Positions 49,193 to 51,337 of a stretch of 51,337 bases of DNA are shown here, piece by piece (within the stretch, counting starts at the first letter, position 1; the number at the start of each line of letters is the position of its first letter). The stretch lies in IMG/VR virus record IMGVR_UViG_3300036846_000218, positions 1-51,337 of that record. One strand, written 5' to 3'. Made by a program: the position numbers and the translations under genes. The stretch comes from a virus. The notes under the pieces are model-generated. The model saw only the letters and a list, made by a program, of their open reading frames with translations, made no database searches and had not been told where the DNA came from.

Positions 49193-50290
49193 ATGTCACA
49201 CATGATTGAAGAAAATCAAATAGCTTGGAACCGTGCGAATGGTGCGCCATGGCACGGACTAGGGACCGCTGTAGAGGCAGGGACCACAGCGGAAGTTATG
49301 CTCAAACTTGCTGGACTCAATTTTGAAGTGTCCGCAATGGATATCGAACTAGCAGGATTACCGGGTTCCGCTTTCATGTCCAATTGGAAAGCAATCGGAC
49401 GCATGGACACACGCAAGGTTTTCGGAGTGTCAAGCAAGAAATACCAAATACATCAGAATGCCGATATTCTCAGTGTCTTTGATGAGTACTGCAATGCTGG
49501 ACACGCGCAAATGGACGTTATCGGAGCATTGAAGGGTGGCGCAGTCGTTTGGGCGTTAGCGAAGTTAAATGGGCGTACCACTGTCACAATGAAGGGTGGA
49601 GACACTGTAACCGGATACTTGCTAATGGTAGGTTCGCATGATGGCACATTACCTACACAAGCAATTGCTACACAAGAGAGAGCGGTCTGTAATAACACTC
49701 TCTTCCCTGCTATGCGGTCTGGACGCGTAGGCTTCAAAATGAAGCACAGTAAAGAGTGGACAAACGCGTCCGCCGCTCTCGCCAAAACACAGATGGGAAT
49801 AGCAATCGAAAAGATTGAAGAGTTTAACGCGTTGGGTTCCAAGCTTCAAAACGTCCAGATTGACCGCAAGGGTCAAATTGAGTTTATCTCTCAATTGCTA
49901 GATGGTAAATGCATCCTTGATCAAGTTGCGGACGCAACCAACGAATCACAGCAAGTTGCTTCCGGGTTCGCAAATGATGCGGACTTGCTTGCTAGCATCA
50001 TGGGTTCCGCTCCGTCTGTTTCACTCTCGCCTATAGCGTCCGCCAACCCTGAAGACAAACTCAATCGAGTAGGCAAAGCTATTCTTGAATCAATTCTCAC
50101 TTCTCCGGGTTCGGATTTGGACAGTGCGAAGAATACGCTGTGGGGGGCATTAAATGGTGTTTCTTACTACACTGATCATGTGGCGTCACGGACGCAAGAC
50201 AGTCGTTTGTATAACGCATGGTTTGGTACTAACGTCGAATTGAAGCAATCCGCTGTGGACGTTGCAAAACAAATCGCTGGAATCAAGTAA
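49193..50290 (+). CDS. DUF932 / phage-plasmid-like protein (TIGR03299-type)
   Basis: 365 aa. The N-terminus NRANGAPWHGLGTAVEAGTTAEVMLKLAGLNFEV and GGAVVWALAKL...GYLLMVGSHDGT fit the DUF932 pattern as I recall it. Confidence 0.65.
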   Translation: MSHMIEENQIAWNRANGAPWHGLGTAVEAGTTAEVMLKLAGLNFEVSAMDIELAGLPGSAFMSNWKAIGRMDTRKVFGVSSKKYQIHQNADILSVFDEYCNAGHAQMDVIGALKGGAVVWALAKLNGRTTVTMKGGDTVTGYLLMVGSHDGTLPTQAIATQERAVCNNTLFPAMRSGRVGFKMKHSKEWTNASAALAKTQMGIAIEKIEEFNALGSKLQNVQIDRKGQIEFISQLLDGKCILDQVADATNESQQVASGFANDADLLASIMGSAPSVSLSPIASANPEDKLNRVGKAILESILTSPGSDLDSAKNTLWGALNGVSYYTDHVASRTQDSRLYNAWFGTNVELKQSAVDVAKQIAGIK

Positions 50291-50302
50291 GCTTCCGAAA
50301 CT

Positions 50303-50323
50303 AGGACCGCTCACAGCGGTCCT
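50303..50323 (+). terminator. Intra-operon GC-rich hairpin after the DUF932 gene (attenuator or weak terminator)
   Basis: AGGACCGCT, loop CAC, AGCGGTCCT, followed by ATTCTGC. There is no strong U-tract. Confidence 0.4.
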
Positions 50324-50391
50324 ATTCTGCTATAGGGTGGCACCCTATGCACTGATGATGGAAAGCCAAACACAAGAGAGGAAAAACAACG

Positions 50392-50652
50392 ATGACATAT
50401 CAGGAAACAGCACAGCAAGCATTGGACGTGCAAGATGCTTGCAATCTATCAGGAGTAGTCCATGCGTTCTCACGCGCAATGTCTGTACTGTGGGAAGAGG
50501 CGCATCGAACTGGACAGGGTACAGATTGGGTTAACAAGCATCCTATCGTTACGCTGTTCATTGACAAACTCGCATCGCTCAATCATTACGATTCCACCTT
50601 AAACCATGCATGGGACGAAGTAACTAAACTTGCACACAAGGATGCGATATGA
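50392..50652 (+). CDS. Hypothetical protein
   Basis: 86 aa with GAGAGGAAAAA upstream. It overlaps the next gene (ATGA). Confidence 0.6.
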   Translation: MTYQETAQQALDVQDACNLSGVVHAFSRAMSVLWEEAHRTGQGTDWVNKHPIVTLFIDKLASLNHYDSTLNHAWDEVTKLAHKDAI

Positions 50653-51149
50653 CAACGAATCAACCAATTTGGAAACTAGCAGGGACAGTAGGGGATGTTA
50701 ACCCCATCGATTACAGTGGGGGTTTCATTTACACGGATGAAACCGGTATTTATCCGCCCGAACTTGAGTGGATTGAAAGCGAAGATTCGCACAAGGCGGA
50801 ACCTACCAATTGGACCGTTTACCGCATCCTGTTAGAACGCTGTGCAATGGTCAAGATTGACGGAGCGTTCCGCCTGATCACAGCGAACTACAAACCGGAC
50901 TGGACGCATCCAATTGACCGGTATATTGAATGGTTCGATGAATCAATTAAAAACGTTTCTGATTCGTCCGGTATACCCATTGCAGATTTGGAAACTATGC
51001 TTTGCTCTCCTGATCCAAAGCAACTAGCGCAAGCGTACTTGGAACTTGCACAGTATCATGGTTGGGAGAATTTTGATTCATACCCACTCAAGTTCACGGA
51101 CCGGTCCGAACTGGAAACGCGTTACAAGGGGAAGAACAATGCAAAATAA
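50649..51149 (+). CDS. Hypothetical protein
   Basis: 166-aa ORF with no recognisable motif. Confidence 0.6.
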   Translation: MTTNQPIWKLAGTVGDVNPIDYSGGFIYTDETGIYPPELEWIESEDSHKAEPTNWTVYRILLERCAMVKIDGAFRLITANYKPDWTHPIDRYIEWFDESIKNVSDSSGIPIADLETMLCSPDPKQLAQAYLELAQYHGWENFDSYPLKFTDRSELETRYKGKNNAK

Positions 51150-51337
51150 CAATTGCGATGGTTCGGGACCGCACACAAGCGGAACTGTCAAGTTGCTTCC
51201 GACCGGTACCACTAACACAGATGGCAACTTGATTCTTTGTCAAGCTTGCTTCAACCACGAATTGCAGTGGAGAGCAAAGCGAAACATTGAAATCGGTCGG
51301 GACGTTTTCAAGTTGCCAGTATGGGAAGAATTGAAAG
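51139..51337 (+). CDS. 5-prime part of a junction-spanning 69-aa Cys-containing protein (continues at 128-138)
   Basis: MQNNNCDGSGPHTSGTVKLLPTGTTNTDGNLILCQACFNHELQW... runs off the window end inside the terminal repeat. The stop codon is found at 136-138. Confidence 0.6.
   Translation, partial: MQNNNCDGSGPHTSGTVKLLPTGTTNTDGNLILCQACFNHELQWRAKRNIEIGRDVFKLPVWEELK
51211..51337. repeat. Terminal direct repeat, copy 2 (identical to 1-127)
   Basis: Same 127-bp string as the window start, compared by eye block by block. Confidence 0.95.

Overview
The first 127 bp of the window recur verbatim at its end (1-127 = 51211-51337). The window is therefore one complete, circularly closing (or terminally redundant) replicon of 51,210 unique bp. 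Gene content identifies it as a temperate, contractile-tailed dsDNA phage (Caudoviricetes, myovirus-type virion module).

Layout:
(i) 1.6-17.5 kb: replication and recombination module. It holds a PrimPol-helicase on the - strand, then on the + strand an AAA_24/Sak4-like ATPase, a DUF669-type SSB-like protein, a Cas4-like nuclease, an SF2 helicase, a second nuclease, a beta-clamp-like protein and a family-B DNA polymerase. A 4.5 kb tail-fibre cassette splits this module.
(ii) 17.5-37.5 kb, - strand: one long morphogenesis operon. Order is TerS candidate, TerL, portal, MuF-like protein, scaffold/protease, capsid, neck, sheath, tube, G/GT chaperone with a -1 frameshift, tape measure with a glucosaminidase-like end, and Mu/PBSX-like baseplate.
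(iii) 37.9-47.2 kb, - strand: accessory and lysogeny region with a VRR-NUC nuclease, an excisionase-type HTH protein, a tyrosine integrase and many tiny ORFs.
(iv) 47.2-48.7 kb: a gene-free, repeat-dense 1.5 kb region.
(v) 48.7 kb through the junction to base 138, + strand: an early-type operon with a DUF932-like protein.
(vi) 139-1076: a second gene-free, repeat-dense region.

No rRNA, complete tRNA, CRISPR array, transposase or reverse transcriptase was seen.

Most interesting leads:
- A five-member family of tiny TM + coiled-coil proteins, three of them in tandem beside the integrase.
- A stand-alone duplicate of the integrase N-terminal domain.
- Two large non-coding regions that share a private vocabulary of 11-15 bp motifs, including iteron-like arrays and an AT-rich tract.
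- A run of seven stem-loops upstream of the terminase genes.
- Tail-fibre genes embedded in the replication module.

All functional calls rest on motifs recognised by eye and on gene order. No database search was run.
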